Source: an uncultured Stakelama sp.
Lineage (GTDB): Bacteria > Pseudomonadota > Alphaproteobacteria > Sphingomonadales > Sphingomonadaceae
Reading direction: 5' to 3'
NCBI GenBank assembly: GCA_964649315.1
Contig: CAZYOU010000002.1
Location: forward strand, 1,379 to 65,378
DNA: 64,000 nucleotides
Positions 48,865 to 59,396 of the stretch are shown here, in pieces. The position numbers and the translations under genes are program-made. The notes under the pieces are model-generated. The model did no database searches, was not told the DNA's origin, and was given only the letters and a program-made list of their open reading frames with translations. The number at the start of each line of letters is the position of its first letter. The stretch's first letter is position 1.

Positions 48865-49833
48865 TCAGTCGAGATCGTCGCCCGCCATCCCGGGTGCGAT
48901 CCATGCCGACAGCATCAATTGCAGCTGGTGATAGATCAGCAGCGGCAGGATGACCGCACCGGCAATCGCCGGCGGAAACAGGATGCGCGCCATCGGGGCA
49001 CCCGTCGCGAGGCTCTTTTGCGCGCCAGAGAAGAGCAACGTCACGCGGTCTTCGCGGTTCAGCCCCAGCGCCGCGCCCAATCCCCACGCCGCCGCAAACG
49101 CAATCAGCAGCAAAACGAGCACCAGCAGCATCAGCGCAGCCAGCTCGCCCGGCCCGATCCGCTGCCACAGCCCCTGCGCCGCCGCCTCGGCAAAGGCGGT
49201 GTAGACCGCGAGCACGATCGTCAGTTTGTCCATCATGCCCGCAATCTTCGCGTGGCGTTGAATGGTTGGCAGCACAAAGCGGCGCAGCAGCTGCCCCAGC
49301 GCGAAGGGCAGCAACAACAGCATCGCCACCCGCCCGATGCTGGACAGCGAAAACTCGCCGAACGCAGTGCTCGCCAGCACCGCCAGCAGCAGTGGCGCAA
49401 GCACCACGCCGAGCACGTTCGACACGGCCGATGCAATCACCGATGCCGCGATATTGCCCCGCGCCATCGATGCATAAGCGATCGACGACTGCACGGTCGT
49501 CGGCAACACGCCCAGAAAGATAAGCCCCAGCAGCAACCCCGGCGCAAACTGGCCCTGCAGGGCATGGCTTACTCCCAGCATCATTGCCGGCATGGCGACA
49601 TAGCCAAAGCTGAGCACCGCTGCTTGCAACCGCCAGCGCTTTGCCCCGTCGAGCACCGCTTGCGGGCTCAGCCGCGCACCGTGGAGGAAAAACAGCAGGA
49701 AAATCGCCGCATTGGAAATCCAGCCAATCGCCACCAGCACTGGCCCCCGCGCCGGGATCAACGTGGCCGCAACCACCGTCGCCAACAGCAACAGGATGAA
49801 CCGATCGGGCAGCAGGCGGTGGAGGATCGACAT
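48865..49833 (-). CDS. Bile acid:sodium symporter family (SBF-like) transporter
   Basis: LFFLHGARLS, LPTTVQSSIA, QKSLATG.P, YHQLQL. Confidence 0.9.
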   Translation of the reverse strand: MSILHRLLPDRFILLLLATVVAATLIPARGPVLVAIGWISNAAIFLLFFLHGARLSPQAVLDGAKRWRLQAAVLSFGYVAMPAMMLGVSHALQGQFAPGLLLGLIFLGVLPTTVQSSIAYASMARGNIAASVIASAVSNVLGVVLAPLLLAVLASTAFGEFSLSSIGRVAMLLLLPFALGQLLRRFVLPTIQRHAKIAGMMDKLTIVLAVYTAFAEAAAQGLWQRIGPGELAALMLLVLVLLLIAFAAAWGLGAALGLNREDRVTLLFSGAQKSLATGAPMARILFPPAIAGAVILPLLIYHQLQLMLSAWIAPGMAGDDLD

Positions 49834-49989
49834 CGCGATGCCCTAGTCGATCGGGGCGGTGCGGGCAAAAGGCGGTTGCCCTCCACAACCTGCCCAATAT
49901 GGGGCAGTCCGGGCGGGGTTTCCCCAACTACGATTTACCCGACCTTCACCATTCATCGGCCAAACCAGATTCGGCCGGCGGAGGGATTG

Positions 49990-50529
49990 ATGAAGGGCGT
50001 TATTTTCAACCTGCTCGAAGAAGCGGTGGTCGACCAGTTTGGCGATGATACCTGGGACGATCTGCTTGATGCCGCCGAACTCGAAGGGGCCTATACCTCG
50101 CTCGGCAGCTATCCCGATAGCGAGATTATGGCGCTGGTGGCGGCGGCGTCTGAACGGCTCCAACTCTCGCCTGCAGCCATACTGCGCTGGTTCGGCAAGA
50201 GCGCGATCCCATCACTGGCGGTCAGCTATCCCGGTTTTTTCGATGCGCCCGGCAATGTTCGCAATTTCCTATTGAGCGTCAACACGATCATCCACCCCGA
50301 AGTCCGCAAGCTGTATTCGGGCGCCGGGTGCCCGCATTTCCAGTTTCAGGAACTGGCAACAGGTGAGCTGATCATCGGCTATTCCTCGCCGCGCAAAATG
50401 TGTGCGCTGGCCGAGGGCTTTATCGATGGCGCGGCGGCGCATTTCGGTGAGACGGTTGCCGTCGCGCATCGCGGGTGCATGCATGATGGCAGCCCCGAAT
50501 GCGAGCTGGTGGTGCAATGGGTGCACTGA
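49990..50529 (+). CDS. H-NOX (heme NO-binding) protein
   Basis: MKGVIF, proximal His in IHPEVRKLY, YSSPR (YxSxR), C-terminal Cys/His cluster. This is the C-terminal part of listed ORF 48832..50529. Confidence 0.9.
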   Translation: MKGVIFNLLEEAVVDQFGDDTWDDLLDAAELEGAYTSLGSYPDSEIMALVAAASERLQLSPAAILRWFGKSAIPSLAVSYPGFFDAPGNVRNFLLSVNTIIHPEVRKLYSGAGCPHFQFQELATGELIIGYSSPRKMCALAEGFIDGAAAHFGETVAVAHRGCMHDGSPECELVVQWVH

Positions 50530-52523
50530 ACCCGGGCGATTTTCTGAACGATATAGCGGCCGCCGATCAAATCGCGCGGCTGAGCCGCCGTCTTGCGCGT
50601 GAACGAGAAGCGCGGACCAAGGCCGAAGAAATCGCCGAACGCGGCTTGCGCGCGCTTTATCTGTCACAACAGCGCATCGAACTGCTCCAGCAGATCGCCG
50701 CCAAGGCCAACGAAGCGACCGATACGTTCGACGCGCTGGCCTTTGCCGTTGCAGAGATTTGCAGCCATACTGGATGGGCGTTCGGCAACGCCTATGTGGT
50801 CGACACCACTAATCCCGATAGCCTGATCGCCTCCCAAATCTGGTTCGCGGCACAACCGACCTTGCTGATGCCATTCATCAACGATTCGCTCGAACGCCAG
50901 TTCGTGCGCGGGCTTGGATTGCCGGGGCGGGTGCTTGAAACCGGCGCGCCGATCTGGCTGGTCGATATCACCCGTGCCGAAAACTTCCCCCGTCGCGACC
51001 TCGCTCGCCAATGTGGCCTTCATTCGGCCTTTGCCTTTCCGGTCTGCATCCAGAACGATGTGGTCGCCGTCCTCGAATTCTTCGCGCGCGAAAATCTGGC
51101 CGAGGATGAGGAGGTGCTCGCGCTGATGGCGCAGATCGGCGTCCAGCTCGGCCGCGTTATCGAGCGTGATCGGTTCACGGCGAAGCTGTATTTTGATGCC
51201 CTCCACGATCCGCTGACCGGGCTGCCCAATCGCGCGCTATTTGCCGATCGCGTCGAAACCGCGCTCGAACGCCGTCGCCGTCGCCCCGATTACCGTGTCG
51301 CCGTGCTCTTTCTCGATCTCGACGGGTTCAAGTTCATTAACGACAGCCTTGGTCACCAGATCGGCGACGAGGTGTTGGTCGCAACCGCTACCCGGATTTC
51401 CGCCATGCTTGCCGCGCGCGGTGCCGAACGGACAAATTGGCCGCACATCACGTTGGCGCGTTTAGGCGGCGACGAGTTTACGGTGATCCTCGAGGATTTC
51501 GAGGATGATTCGATTGCACATGATGTGGCAGCGACGATGCTCGCTGCGCTGGCAGAGCCGCACCGCGTCGACGGCAATGAAATCCATAGCGGCGGTAGCA
51601 TCGGCCTCGCATTCGCCCACACGGAAACACCGACCGCGCAGGATCTGCTGCGGAAAGCCGATACCGCGATGTACGAAGCAAAGGCGCGGGGCCGCGGGCA
51701 GGTCGCCGTTTATGATACCGCACTGCGCCGCCGCGCGCTGATTCGCCTGCAGACCGAGAACGACTTGCGCGGCGCGCTGATGCGTGATGAATTTCAGCTC
51801 TACTACCAGCCGATTGTCGATCTCGTCACCGGCAGCATTTCGGGATTTGAGGCGCTGCTGCGCTGGCAGCGCCGCCCCAATGAGCTCGTCGCGCCCGGCC
51901 AGTTCATCGATATTGCCGAGGAAACCGGGTTGATCGTGACGATCGGCAGCTGGGTGCTGCGCGAGGCGTGCGAGGCAACCGCCCGCTGGCATCGCCGCTT
52001 TGCGCACCGCAAGCCGGTGACGATCAGCATCAACGTATCGCCCCGCCAATTCTTGCAGCCGCATTTCACGGCCTTTGTCGAACAGACGATCCGCGAGACC
52101 GGGATTGATCCGACGACCATCTCGCTGGAGATTACCGAGGGCATCGCCATCGCCAATCCCGATCGCGCCGTGCGGATCATGAACGATCTGCGCGCATTGG
52201 GCGTGAAGATGAGCCTTGATGATTTCGGCACGGGCTATTCATCACTCGGCCATCTGCATCGCTATCCGTTCAACACGCTGAAGCTCGATCGCAGCTTCGT
52301 TTCCGGGCTTGGCGCGGGGGGCGATCGGATCGGCACTGGCATTGTCCAGGCGGTGCTTGATCTTGCCGCCACGATGAACCTGTCGGTCATCGCCGAGGGG
52401 CTCGAAACCAAAGGCCAGCGCCGCCATTTGCGCGGCATGGGGTGCCAGTTCGGCCAGGGTTATCTCTATTCACGGCCGGTCAGCGCCGAATCCGCGGAAC
52501 TGCTGCTGATCAACGCGAAATAG
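50517..52523 (+). CDS. GAF-GGDEF-EAL cyclic-di-GMP enzyme (H-NOX-associated)
   Basis: N-terminal RRLAREREAR..AE helix, GAF domain, ARLGGDEF, FEALLRW, DDFGTGYSS; overlaps the H-NOX stop. Confidence 0.92.
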   Translation: MGALNPGDFLNDIAAADQIARLSRRLAREREARTKAEEIAERGLRALYLSQQRIELLQQIAAKANEATDTFDALAFAVAEICSHTGWAFGNAYVVDTTNPDSLIASQIWFAAQPTLLMPFINDSLERQFVRGLGLPGRVLETGAPIWLVDITRAENFPRRDLARQCGLHSAFAFPVCIQNDVVAVLEFFARENLAEDEEVLALMAQIGVQLGRVIERDRFTAKLYFDALHDPLTGLPNRALFADRVETALERRRRRPDYRVAVLFLDLDGFKFINDSLGHQIGDEVLVATATRISAMLAARGAERTNWPHITLARLGGDEFTVILEDFEDDSIAHDVAATMLAALAEPHRVDGNEIHSGGSIGLAFAHTETPTAQDLLRKADTAMYEAKARGRGQVAVYDTALRRRALIRLQTENDLRGALMRDEFQLYYQPIVDLVTGSISGFEALLRWQRRPNELVAPGQFIDIAEETGLIVTIGSWVLREACEATARWHRRFAHRKPVTISINVSPRQFLQPHFTAFVEQTIRETGIDPTTISLEITEGIAIANPDRAVRIMNDLRALGVKMSLDDFGTGYSSLGHLHRYPFNTLKLDRSFVSGLGAGGDRIGTGIVQAVLDLAATMNLSVIAEGLETKGQRRHLRGMGCQFGQGYLYSRPVSAESAELLLINAK

Positions 52524-52541
52524 CGGTTCCGCCCCCGGGCT

Positions 52542-52570
52542 TTGCGCAGCGCAACATTTTGCGCTATGCG
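52542..52570 (+). promoter_or_regulatory. Sigma70-type promoter for typA
   Basis: TTGCGC-N17-TATGCG, about 35 bp upstream of ATG 52607. Confidence 0.45.
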
Positions 52571-52606
52571 CGCCCCACCAACTCCTTTTCAGTATCAGGA
52601 CACTTT

Positions 52607-54442
52607 ATGAGCCTTCGCAACGTGGCGATCATCGCCCACGTCGATCACGGCAAGACAACGCTGGTCGATCAACTTTTCCGCCAGTCGGGTACCTTCCGTG
52701 ATAATCAGCGCGTCGAAGAGCGCGCGATGGACTCGAACGACCTGGAGAAAGAGCGCGGGATCACCATTCTCGCCAAGTGCACCTCGATCGAGTGGGACGA
52801 TCATCAAGGCCACAAGACCCGCATCAACATCGTCGACACCCCCGGCCACGCCGATTTCGGCGGCGAAGTCGAACGAATCCTGTCGATGGTCGATGGCGTG
52901 ATCCTGCTGGTCGATGCGGCCGAAGGCGCGATGCCACAGACCAAGTTCGTCACCGGTAAGGCGCTTGCGCTGGGCCTCCGCCCGATCGTCGTCGTCAACA
53001 AGATCGATCGCAGCGATGCCCGCGCGCAGGAAGTGCTCGACGAGGTGTTCGATCTGTTCGTGAGCCTCGAAGCCAATGACGATCAGCTCGATTTCCCCGT
53101 CCTGTTTGCGTCGGGCCGCAACGGCTATGCGGGCGACAATCCGGATGTGCGCGAAGGCACGCTCGATCCGCTGTTCAACAAGATCGTCGAGCATGTCCCG
53201 CCGCCATCGGCTGACCCCGACGGTCCGTTCAAATTCCTCGTCACGCTGCTTGACCGCGATAACTTCCTCGGCCGCATCCTGACCGGCCTGGTGTTCTCCG
53301 GCAGCGTCAAGACCAACATGCCGATCCATGCGCTCGACCCTGAGGGCAAGATTGTCGAAACTGGCCGTGCGTCAAAGATCATGGCGTTTCGCGGTCTTGA
53401 GCGGCTGCCGGTCGATGAGGCAAATGCGGGCGACATCATCAGCCTTGCCGGCCTGACGATCGCCACCGTCGCCAACACCATTTGCGACCCGAGCGTCACC
53501 GAGCCGCTCCACGCACAGGCGATCGATCCGCCGACGCTGTCGATGCGTTTTGCCGTCAACGATTCGCCAATGGCCGGCCGCGAAGGCACCAAGGTGACGA
53601 GCCGAATGATCCGCGACCGCCTGTTCCGCGAAGCCGAATCAAACGTCGCGATCAAGGTGACCGAGAGCGATGACCGCGACAGTTACGAAGTCGCGGGCCG
53701 CGGCGAATTGCAGCTCGGCGTGCTCATTGAAACGATGCGCCGCGAAGGCTTCGAGCTCGGCATCAGCCGCCCGCGCGTGCTGTTCAAGGAAGACGAGCAC
53801 GGCAACAAGACCGAGCCTTATGAAACCGTCATCATCGACGTGGACGAGGAATATTCGGGCACCGTCGTCGAAAAGATGAACATCCGCAAAGCCGAATTGA
53901 CCGACATGCGCCCATCGGGCGGCGGCAAGACGCGCATCACCTTCAGCGCGCCCAGCCGCGGGATGATCGGCTATCACGGCGAATTCCTGTCGGATACGCG
54001 CGGCACCGGCATCATGAACCGGCTGTTCGAGAAATACGGCCCCCACAAGGGCAAGATCGAAGGCCGCAAGAACGGCGTGCTGATCTCCAACGGTTCGGGC
54101 GAGGCCAATGCCTATGCGCTCGGCCCCTTGGAAGAGCGCGGCGTCATGATGGTCGCGCCCGGCGAGGCGCTATATGAAGGCATGATCATCGGCGAGAATG
54201 CCAAGACGGACGACCTTGAGGTCAATCCGATGAAGGCCAAGGCGCTGACCAACTTCCGCGCTTCGGGCGGCAAGGACGACGCGATCCGCCTGACGCCGCC
54301 CTGGCGGCTGACGCTCGAACAGGCGATCGCCTATATCGATGACGACGAACTCGTTGAAGTCACCCCAAAATCGATCCGCCTGCGCAAGCGCTATCTCGAC
54401 CCCAATGAGCGCAAGCGCGCGAGCCGGGCGAAGGCCGCTTAA
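52607..54442 (+). CDS. typA: Translational GTPase TypA/BipA
   Basis: [54 protein letters not shown]. Confidence 0.98.
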   Translation: MSLRNVAIIAHVDHGKTTLVDQLFRQSGTFRDNQRVEERAMDSNDLEKERGITILAKCTSIEWDDHQGHKTRINIVDTPGHADFGGEVERILSMVDGVILLVDAAEGAMPQTKFVTGKALALGLRPIVVVNKIDRSDARAQEVLDEVFDLFVSLEANDDQLDFPVLFASGRNGYAGDNPDVREGTLDPLFNKIVEHVPPPSADPDGPFKFLVTLLDRDNFLGRILTGLVFSGSVKTNMPIHALDPEGKIVETGRASKIMAFRGLERLPVDEANAGDIISLAGLTIATVANTICDPSVTEPLHAQAIDPPTLSMRFAVNDSPMAGREGTKVTSRMIRDRLFREAESNVAIKVTESDDRDSYEVAGRGELQLGVLIETMRREGFELGISRPRVLFKEDEHGNKTEPYETVIIDVDEEYSGTVVEKMNIRKAELTDMRPSGGGKTRITFSAPSRGMIGYHGEFLSDTRGTGIMNRLFEKYGPHKGKIEGRKNGVLISNGSGEANAYALGPLEERGVMMVAPGEALYEGMIIGENAKTDDLEVNPMKAKALTNFRASGGKDDAIRLTPPWRLTLEQAIAYIDDDELVEVTPKSIRLRKRYLDPNERKRASRAKAA

Positions 54443-54462
54443 CGAATTGCAATCCTGGCCAT

Positions 54463-54490
54463 GCCCCTCTCCCTAAGGGGGAGGGGCTTT
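54463..54490 (+). terminator. Intrinsic terminator after typA
   Basis: GCCCCTCTCCC-TAA-GGGGGAGGGGC stem followed by TTT. Confidence 0.6.
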
Positions 54491-54650
54491 GGCATTGGTG
54501 CGGGATTTCTTAAGAGCAGCGCCGTTGGCCCTGGGCGGCCCGCATTGGCGATGTGAGCACCAGTCGATCAGTGGCTTGGCACAATGATGCCGTGACACGC
54601 GACCTAAGGACGGGTGACGCGCGCCCCGGACCGGGCTATCGCATCAGGCG

Positions 54651-55541
54651 ATGATCAACAAAGATGCCCTTGCCTTTGCTGTCGCTTCGGGCGGAATCTT
54701 CACCTATTCGGTGATGGATGCGTTGGTGAAGGGCCTTAGCATCACCAGCGGGGCCTATAGCGCGGTCTTGTGGCGATCACTGGTGGGGGTGATGTTGCTG
54801 GGGGTGGTCTTTGTCGCGCGGCGGCGGCCCTGGCCTGGCCTGGCAGCCTTCAAACTCCATGCGATGCGCGGTGGCACGGCCGGTATTTCGGTGTTGCTGT
54901 TCTTTTGGGGGTTGGTGCGCGTGCCGATGGCGCAAGGCGTCGCGCTGACTTTTCTTGCGCCGCTGATCGCGTTGTATTTTGCAGCGGCACTGCTCGGCGA
55001 AACGATTCGGCGCACCGCGATTTTGGGATCAATCGTCGCCAGCTTTGGCGTGCTCGCGATTGCCGCTGGGGAAGTGCAGGCCCAGGCATCGACTGAGCAT
55101 GTTTTGGGCTCTGTCGCGATCTTCGCCGCCTCGATCTTTTATGCCTATAGCCTAATTCTCTTACGTCAGCAGGCGCAGGTCGCCGATCCGCTTGAGGTCG
55201 CGCTGTTCACCAGCGTTGTGCTGAGCGGCTTATTGCTGATCGGTGCCCCTTGGTTCGCGACCATGCCTGCGATTGAGCAACTGCCGGCAATTGGTATGGC
55301 GGCGGTTTTGGGCTCTGTTTCGGCAATGGCGCTCGCCTGGGCCTATGGCCGAGCGGAGGCGCAGGTGCTTGCGCCTGTCGAATATACCGCCTTTATCTGG
55401 GCGGCGATCCTTGGTTTTGTGTGTTTTGGCGAACAGGTCTCGCTGTTTACTGTTGCCGGGACAGTGTTGATCATTGCCGGTTGTCTGGTCGCTATCCGTG
55501 GACCAGCCGCAGCCGCCCCCCAAACGGAAGCTGCCGCATGA
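54651..55541 (+). CDS. DMT/EamA family transporter
   Basis: About 10 TM helices, MDALVK, FLAPL, LAPVEYT. Confidence 0.88.
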   Translation: MINKDALAFAVASGGIFTYSVMDALVKGLSITSGAYSAVLWRSLVGVMLLGVVFVARRRPWPGLAAFKLHAMRGGTAGISVLLFFWGLVRVPMAQGVALTFLAPLIALYFAAALLGETIRRTAILGSIVASFGVLAIAAGEVQAQASTEHVLGSVAIFAASIFYAYSLILLRQQAQVADPLEVALFTSVVLSGLLLIGAPWFATMPAIEQLPAIGMAAVLGSVSAMALAWAYGRAEAQVLAPVEYTAFIWAAILGFVCFGEQVSLFTVAGTVLIIAGCLVAIRGPAAAAPQTEAAA

Positions 55542-56020
55542 CGCTAATGATCCGCCCAGCCGAGCCCAAGGATGTGCCAACCGTCCTCCATTTCGTCCGG
55601 GAACTGGCCGATTATGAAAAGGCGATCGAAAAGGTCGTGGCGACGGAGACTTTGCTTCACGAAGCGATGTTTTCCGCGACCCCAGCCGCGGAAGCGCTGA
55701 TTGCCGAAAATGACGGCAGTCCTGTGGGATTGGCACTGTTTTTCCACAATTTTTCGACCTGGACGGGGTGGCGCGGCCTTTATCTGGAAGATTTGTACGT
55801 CACACCCGCCGCACGTGGCCACGGGGTCGGCAAAGCGTTGCTCAAATACCTGGCTGCACTCGCTGTAGAGCGAGGCTGCACGCGGTTTGAATGGCAGGTG
55901 CTGACCTGGAACACCCCGGCGATTGATTTCTACCAGGCAATGGGTGCTGAATTGATGGAGGAATGGCGCACCTGCCGTGTATCGGGCGAGGCGCTGACTC
56001 GGTTAGCCGCGAAGGATTGA
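55538..56020 (+). CDS. GNAT N-acetyltransferase (spermidine/spermine acetyltransferase-like)
   Basis: FHNFSTWTG..GLYLEDLYV, RGHGVG, WN.PAIDFY; ATGA overlap with the DMT gene. Confidence 0.92.
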   Translation: MTLMIRPAEPKDVPTVLHFVRELADYEKAIEKVVATETLLHEAMFSATPAAEALIAENDGSPVGLALFFHNFSTWTGWRGLYLEDLYVTPAARGHGVGKALLKYLAALAVERGCTRFEWQVLTWNTPAIDFYQAMGAELMEEWRTCRVSGEALTRLAAKD

Positions 56021-56025
56021 TCGAG

Positions 56026-56505
56026 ATGCTCGTGATCCGCCGCGCGACGCGAGATGATGTACCCGAAATTCGTCGCCTCCTCTTGGCCTTTGGGCGGCAT
56101 TGGCAGCGTGAGGAGTGGGTTTCTGGATAGCAGGCGGCGCTCGACACGGCGTTGTTCGGGCCGGATCATCGAGGCTTCGCTCATATCGCTGAGCTGGACG
56201 GCGAGGTTGTCGGGATGGCGCTTTGGTTTTTGACCTTCAATTTCTGGCTGACCGAGCCAGTGCTGTTCCTGGAAGATCTGTATGTCGACGAACCAGCGCG
56301 CGGCAGCGGCGCTGGCGAAGCATTGCTGCGCGCGCTTGCCGCAGAGGCGCTTGATCGCGGCTGTGCGTGGATGGACTGGATCGTGCAAACCGACAACGAC
56401 GCCACCAAGCGCTTTTATGCGCGACATGGCGGCACCCACAATGCCGACTTTGATTTGTGGCGGATGGAGGGCGATCAACTGCGGGCATTGGCCGAGCGCG
56501 GCTGA
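56026..56505 (+). pseudogene. Second GNAT paralog interrupted by an in-frame TAG at 56128-56130
   Basis: ATG 56026 reads MLVIRRATRDDVPEIRR...VSG*QAALDTALFG, in frame with the listed 56152..56505 GNAT fragment. Confidence 0.8.
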
Positions 56506-56861
56506 TGGCGGTTGATGCTGGCCTGATTGAGTGGATCGACGAGGCGCTTGCCCCCATTGGCCAGCTTAGCAAGCGCGCGATGATGGGCGGCGCGACGCTC
56601 TATCTGGATGGCATCATTTTTGCGATCGTTGCCGACGATCAGCTCTGGTTGAAGGCAGATGCGGAAAGCGATGCGGTTTGGGATGCTGCCGGTTGCCCGC
56701 GCTTCACCTTTAGCATGGGGGAGGGGCGCGAAGGGTCGATGAATTATCGCCGTGCGCCCGACGATGTCTATGACGATGCCGATTCGATGCGGGAATGGGC
56801 CGCGCTCGGCATTGCTGCGGGGCAGCGGGCACCGGCCCGCAAACCCCGCCGCAAAGGTTAG
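56505..56861 (+). CDS. TfoX/Sxy N-terminal domain protein
   Basis: RAMMGG..LY.DG..FAIV, MNYRRAP; TGATG overlap. Confidence 0.85.
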   Translation: MAVDAGLIEWIDEALAPIGQLSKRAMMGGATLYLDGIIFAIVADDQLWLKADAESDAVWDAAGCPRFTFSMGEGREGSMNYRRAPDDVYDDADSMREWAALGIAAGQRAPARKPRRKG

Positions 56862-57400
56862 CCTGACGCTTTTTCGGCCGCGGCGCGCTCAATCGCTTCA
56901 ATTACGATCTGTCGAGCCTCGTCGGCGCCGCCCCATTTGCCGACCCGGACCCATTTCTTGGGCTCCAAATCTTTGTAATGGGTGAAAAAATGTTCGATTT
57001 GCTGCATCACAATCTCGGGCAGATCATGATGTTCATCGACATTGGCATAATAAGGAAAGGTCGCGTCCACGGGCACCGTCAGCAGCTTTTCGTCGCCGCC
57101 GGCTTCGTCTTCTAGGAACAGCACCGCGATTGGCCGCACGCGGACCACGCAGCCCGGAATGAAGGGCGAGCGCGCCACGACCAGCGCGTCGAGCGGATCG
57201 CCATCGGGGGACAGCGTGTGCGGAATGAATCCATAATTGGCCGGATAGCGCATCGGCGTGTGCAAGATGCGATCGACAAAGAGTGCGCCTGATTTCTTGT
57301 CGAATTCATATTTTACCGGTTCGCCGCCGACCGGCACCTCAATAATGACGTTGAGGCTGTTGGGCGGATCATCGCCGACCGGGATCATGTCGATTCGCAT
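56858..57400 (-). CDS. ppa: Inorganic pyrophosphatase (family I)
   Basis: KYEFDK, RYPANYG, DGDPLD, DEAGGDEK, FF.HYKDLE. Confidence 0.97.
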   Translation of the reverse strand: MRIDMIPVGDDPPNSLNVIIEVPVGGEPVKYEFDKKSGALFVDRILHTPMRYPANYGFIPHTLSPDGDPLDALVVARSPFIPGCVVRVRPIAVLFLEDEAGGDEKLLTVPVDATFPYYANVDEHHDLPEIVMQQIEHFFTHYKDLEPKKWVRVGKWGGADEARQIVIEAIERAAAEKASG

Positions 57401-57415
57401 AACGTCTAACTCTTC

Positions 57416-59320
57416 CTACTTGGCTGCCAAAAGCCGATCGAGGCCACCCTCTCCGGTGCCGATTTTCTCGAGCCGCGGGTATCGCAAACCACCATGATAG
57501 TCGATTGGCGTTTCACTGATGCGATCGCCATTTTTGGTCAGCAGGATAATCGGCGCGTCACTCGTTTTGGCGGCGGTGATCGCTTCTTTCAGTTTTTCAG
57601 GCGAATAGGTCAGGCCGTTTACAGCGGTGATCGAATCGCTGACGCTTAGCCCCGCCTTGAAGGCCATACTGTCCCAGATAACGCTGGTGATCTGCCCATC
57701 CTTGCCAATCACCAGACCAAGCGAATAGCTGAGATCGGTGTTCTTGCGATCCTTTTCATTGGCCTTGAAATAGCCGGTCGGGGATTCGGTATAGATCAGC
57801 TTATAGCCATTGGCCGCAAATCCGGCGGTCGGTGCCGGTGCGCCGGTCTCGGTGGTCCGGCGGGTGAGGAACCCCTTCCAGTCATAGGGGGAAATGGCGT
57901 TCAGCGTGGCGACGACATCGTCGAGCGTGTAGGTCACTTCGCCCCAATCGCCGTCATTAATGCCAAAAAAAGCGCGCGCGAAATCGTCGATCGATTTTTT
58001 GCCCCGCGTCTGCTGACGGAGCATGGAATCGACTTCCATCCAGATCAGCAGCCCTTCATTGTAATAATCCTCGGCGCGTTGCCAGCTGGTCCAGCCCTTG
58101 GGGCGTCGCGCCGCGATGGTCGGATCGTTGGTGGTATCGACCAGGGGCCGCCATTGCCGCGCAGGCGCGGTATCGAGCCCAGCCAGAATCAGCGCATAGC
58201 TATCAAGCGTATCCTGCTTGCTGACCAGATCGGCCCGCGCTTGCAGCACATGGCCCCAGAATTGCGTCTGGCCTTCATACACCCACAACAGGCTGCCGCG
58301 CATCGGCATGCGAAAATCAGGCGTCCACAAATCCGCGCCGCGACGGAATTTGCCGTTCCAGCTATGGGCAAATTCATGGGGGAGCAGATCGCGGGAGGGC
58401 GTGCTGTTTTCCCAGTCGGTAAAATAGCCCAACTTCACGCCATCTTCGGAGGAACGGTGATGTTCGAGCCCGATTCCGCCGAGTTCGTCGGAGATCGTGA
58501 ACAGGAAATGATAGCTATCATAATGTTGCGCACCAAAGACCTTCACCGCCTGATCGACCATGTTCCGGTGCGCCTGAACCTGCGCTTCACTGGCGACGAG
58601 TTGCGCTGGCGCATCGGCAAAGGCATCGATCACGACGCGCGGTGACAGATCGAATTTCTTGTAATAGCGCCCGGCCACAACGGGTGAATCGACCAGCACC
58701 TCATAATTGGTCTTTTCATAGCGATAGACCGACCCCGCGACGGTCGCTTTCAGCGCTGAAGCAGCCGTCCAGCCCGCTGGATAGGTGACATTTGCCTCAA
58801 CCGGGATCTGGCGGGTGAAATAGCCCGCCGGATAAAGCGACATCGAATTCCATTGCAGGCTGATCAGATTGGGCGTCATCACCACACGGCCCTGATTGCC
58901 AGCGGTCGCCGACAGAAATTGCAGATCAATGTCGAGCGCGTCCGCTCCGGCCGGCACATCGACATGAAAGGCAAACATATCGACCGGGTCGCGCGTCCAG
59001 GCGACCGGCTGGCCGCCTGCATTGATCTTCAGCCCGGCGAGCTTTTCTAGCTGGCCCGATGGCCGGTGATTGCCCGGCAGCCACTGGGGAAACAGCAGCA
59101 CCATCGGCCCGGCCTTATCGACCGGAATGCGTTGCTTGACGCGAAAAATCCCTTGCTTGGTATCGGTCGCGTCGATCGCCAGCGTGATCGTCCCCGGATA
59201 GGGAATGTCGCGCGCCGCCGGGATCGTGTCGACGATCGGCACCGGCTGCGGCTTGGAATTTTCGGCAAGCGCAGCGGTGGACGCAAGCAACATCGCGGTA
59301 AGGGAAAGCAAGCGGATCAT
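57416..59320 (-). CDS. M61 glycyl aminopeptidase family with PDZ domain
   Basis: Signal peptide from ATG 59320, GLEH, HEFAHSWNGK, LWVYEGQT, C-terminal PDZ. Confidence 0.9.
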   Translation of the reverse strand: MIRLLSLTAMLLASTAALAENSKPQPVPIVDTIPAARDIPYPGTITLAIDATDTKQGIFRVKQRIPVDKAGPMVLLFPQWLPGNHRPSGQLEKLAGLKINAGGQPVAWTRDPVDMFAFHVDVPAGADALDIDLQFLSATAGNQGRVVMTPNLISLQWNSMSLYPAGYFTRQIPVEANVTYPAGWTAASALKATVAGSVYRYEKTNYEVLVDSPVVAGRYYKKFDLSPRVVIDAFADAPAQLVASEAQVQAHRNMVDQAVKVFGAQHYDSYHFLFTISDELGGIGLEHHRSSEDGVKLGYFTDWENSTPSRDLLPHEFAHSWNGKFRRGADLWTPDFRMPMRGSLLWVYEGQTQFWGHVLQARADLVSKQDTLDSYALILAGLDTAPARQWRPLVDTTNDPTIAARRPKGWTSWQRAEDYYNEGLLIWMEVDSMLRQQTRGKKSIDDFARAFFGINDGDWGEVTYTLDDVVATLNAISPYDWKGFLTRRTTETGAPAPTAGFAANGYKLIYTESPTGYFKANEKDRKNTDLSYSLGLVIGKDGQITSVIWDSMAFKAGLSVSDSITAVNGLTYSPEKLKEAITAAKTSDAPIILLTKNGDRISETPIDYHGGLRYPRLEKIGTGEGGLDRLLAAK

Positions 59321-59396
59321 CAGTGAAACCTTGGTGCGGATGGAAATCACAGGCGGGCCGACGTTAAAGCAGCGCCTGTCGCCAGCGTCCACCCCC

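Noticed and set aside
48832-49989. N-terminal part of the listed 565-aa ORF as an H-NOX fusion
   Set aside because: It is antisense to the symporter gene. The real H-NOX starts at ATG 49990 after RBS GAGGG.
56128-56130. Pyrrolysine or selenocysteine recoding of the GNAT stop
   Set aside because: The codon is TAG, so not Sec; there are no pyl genes in the window and no catalytic rationale.
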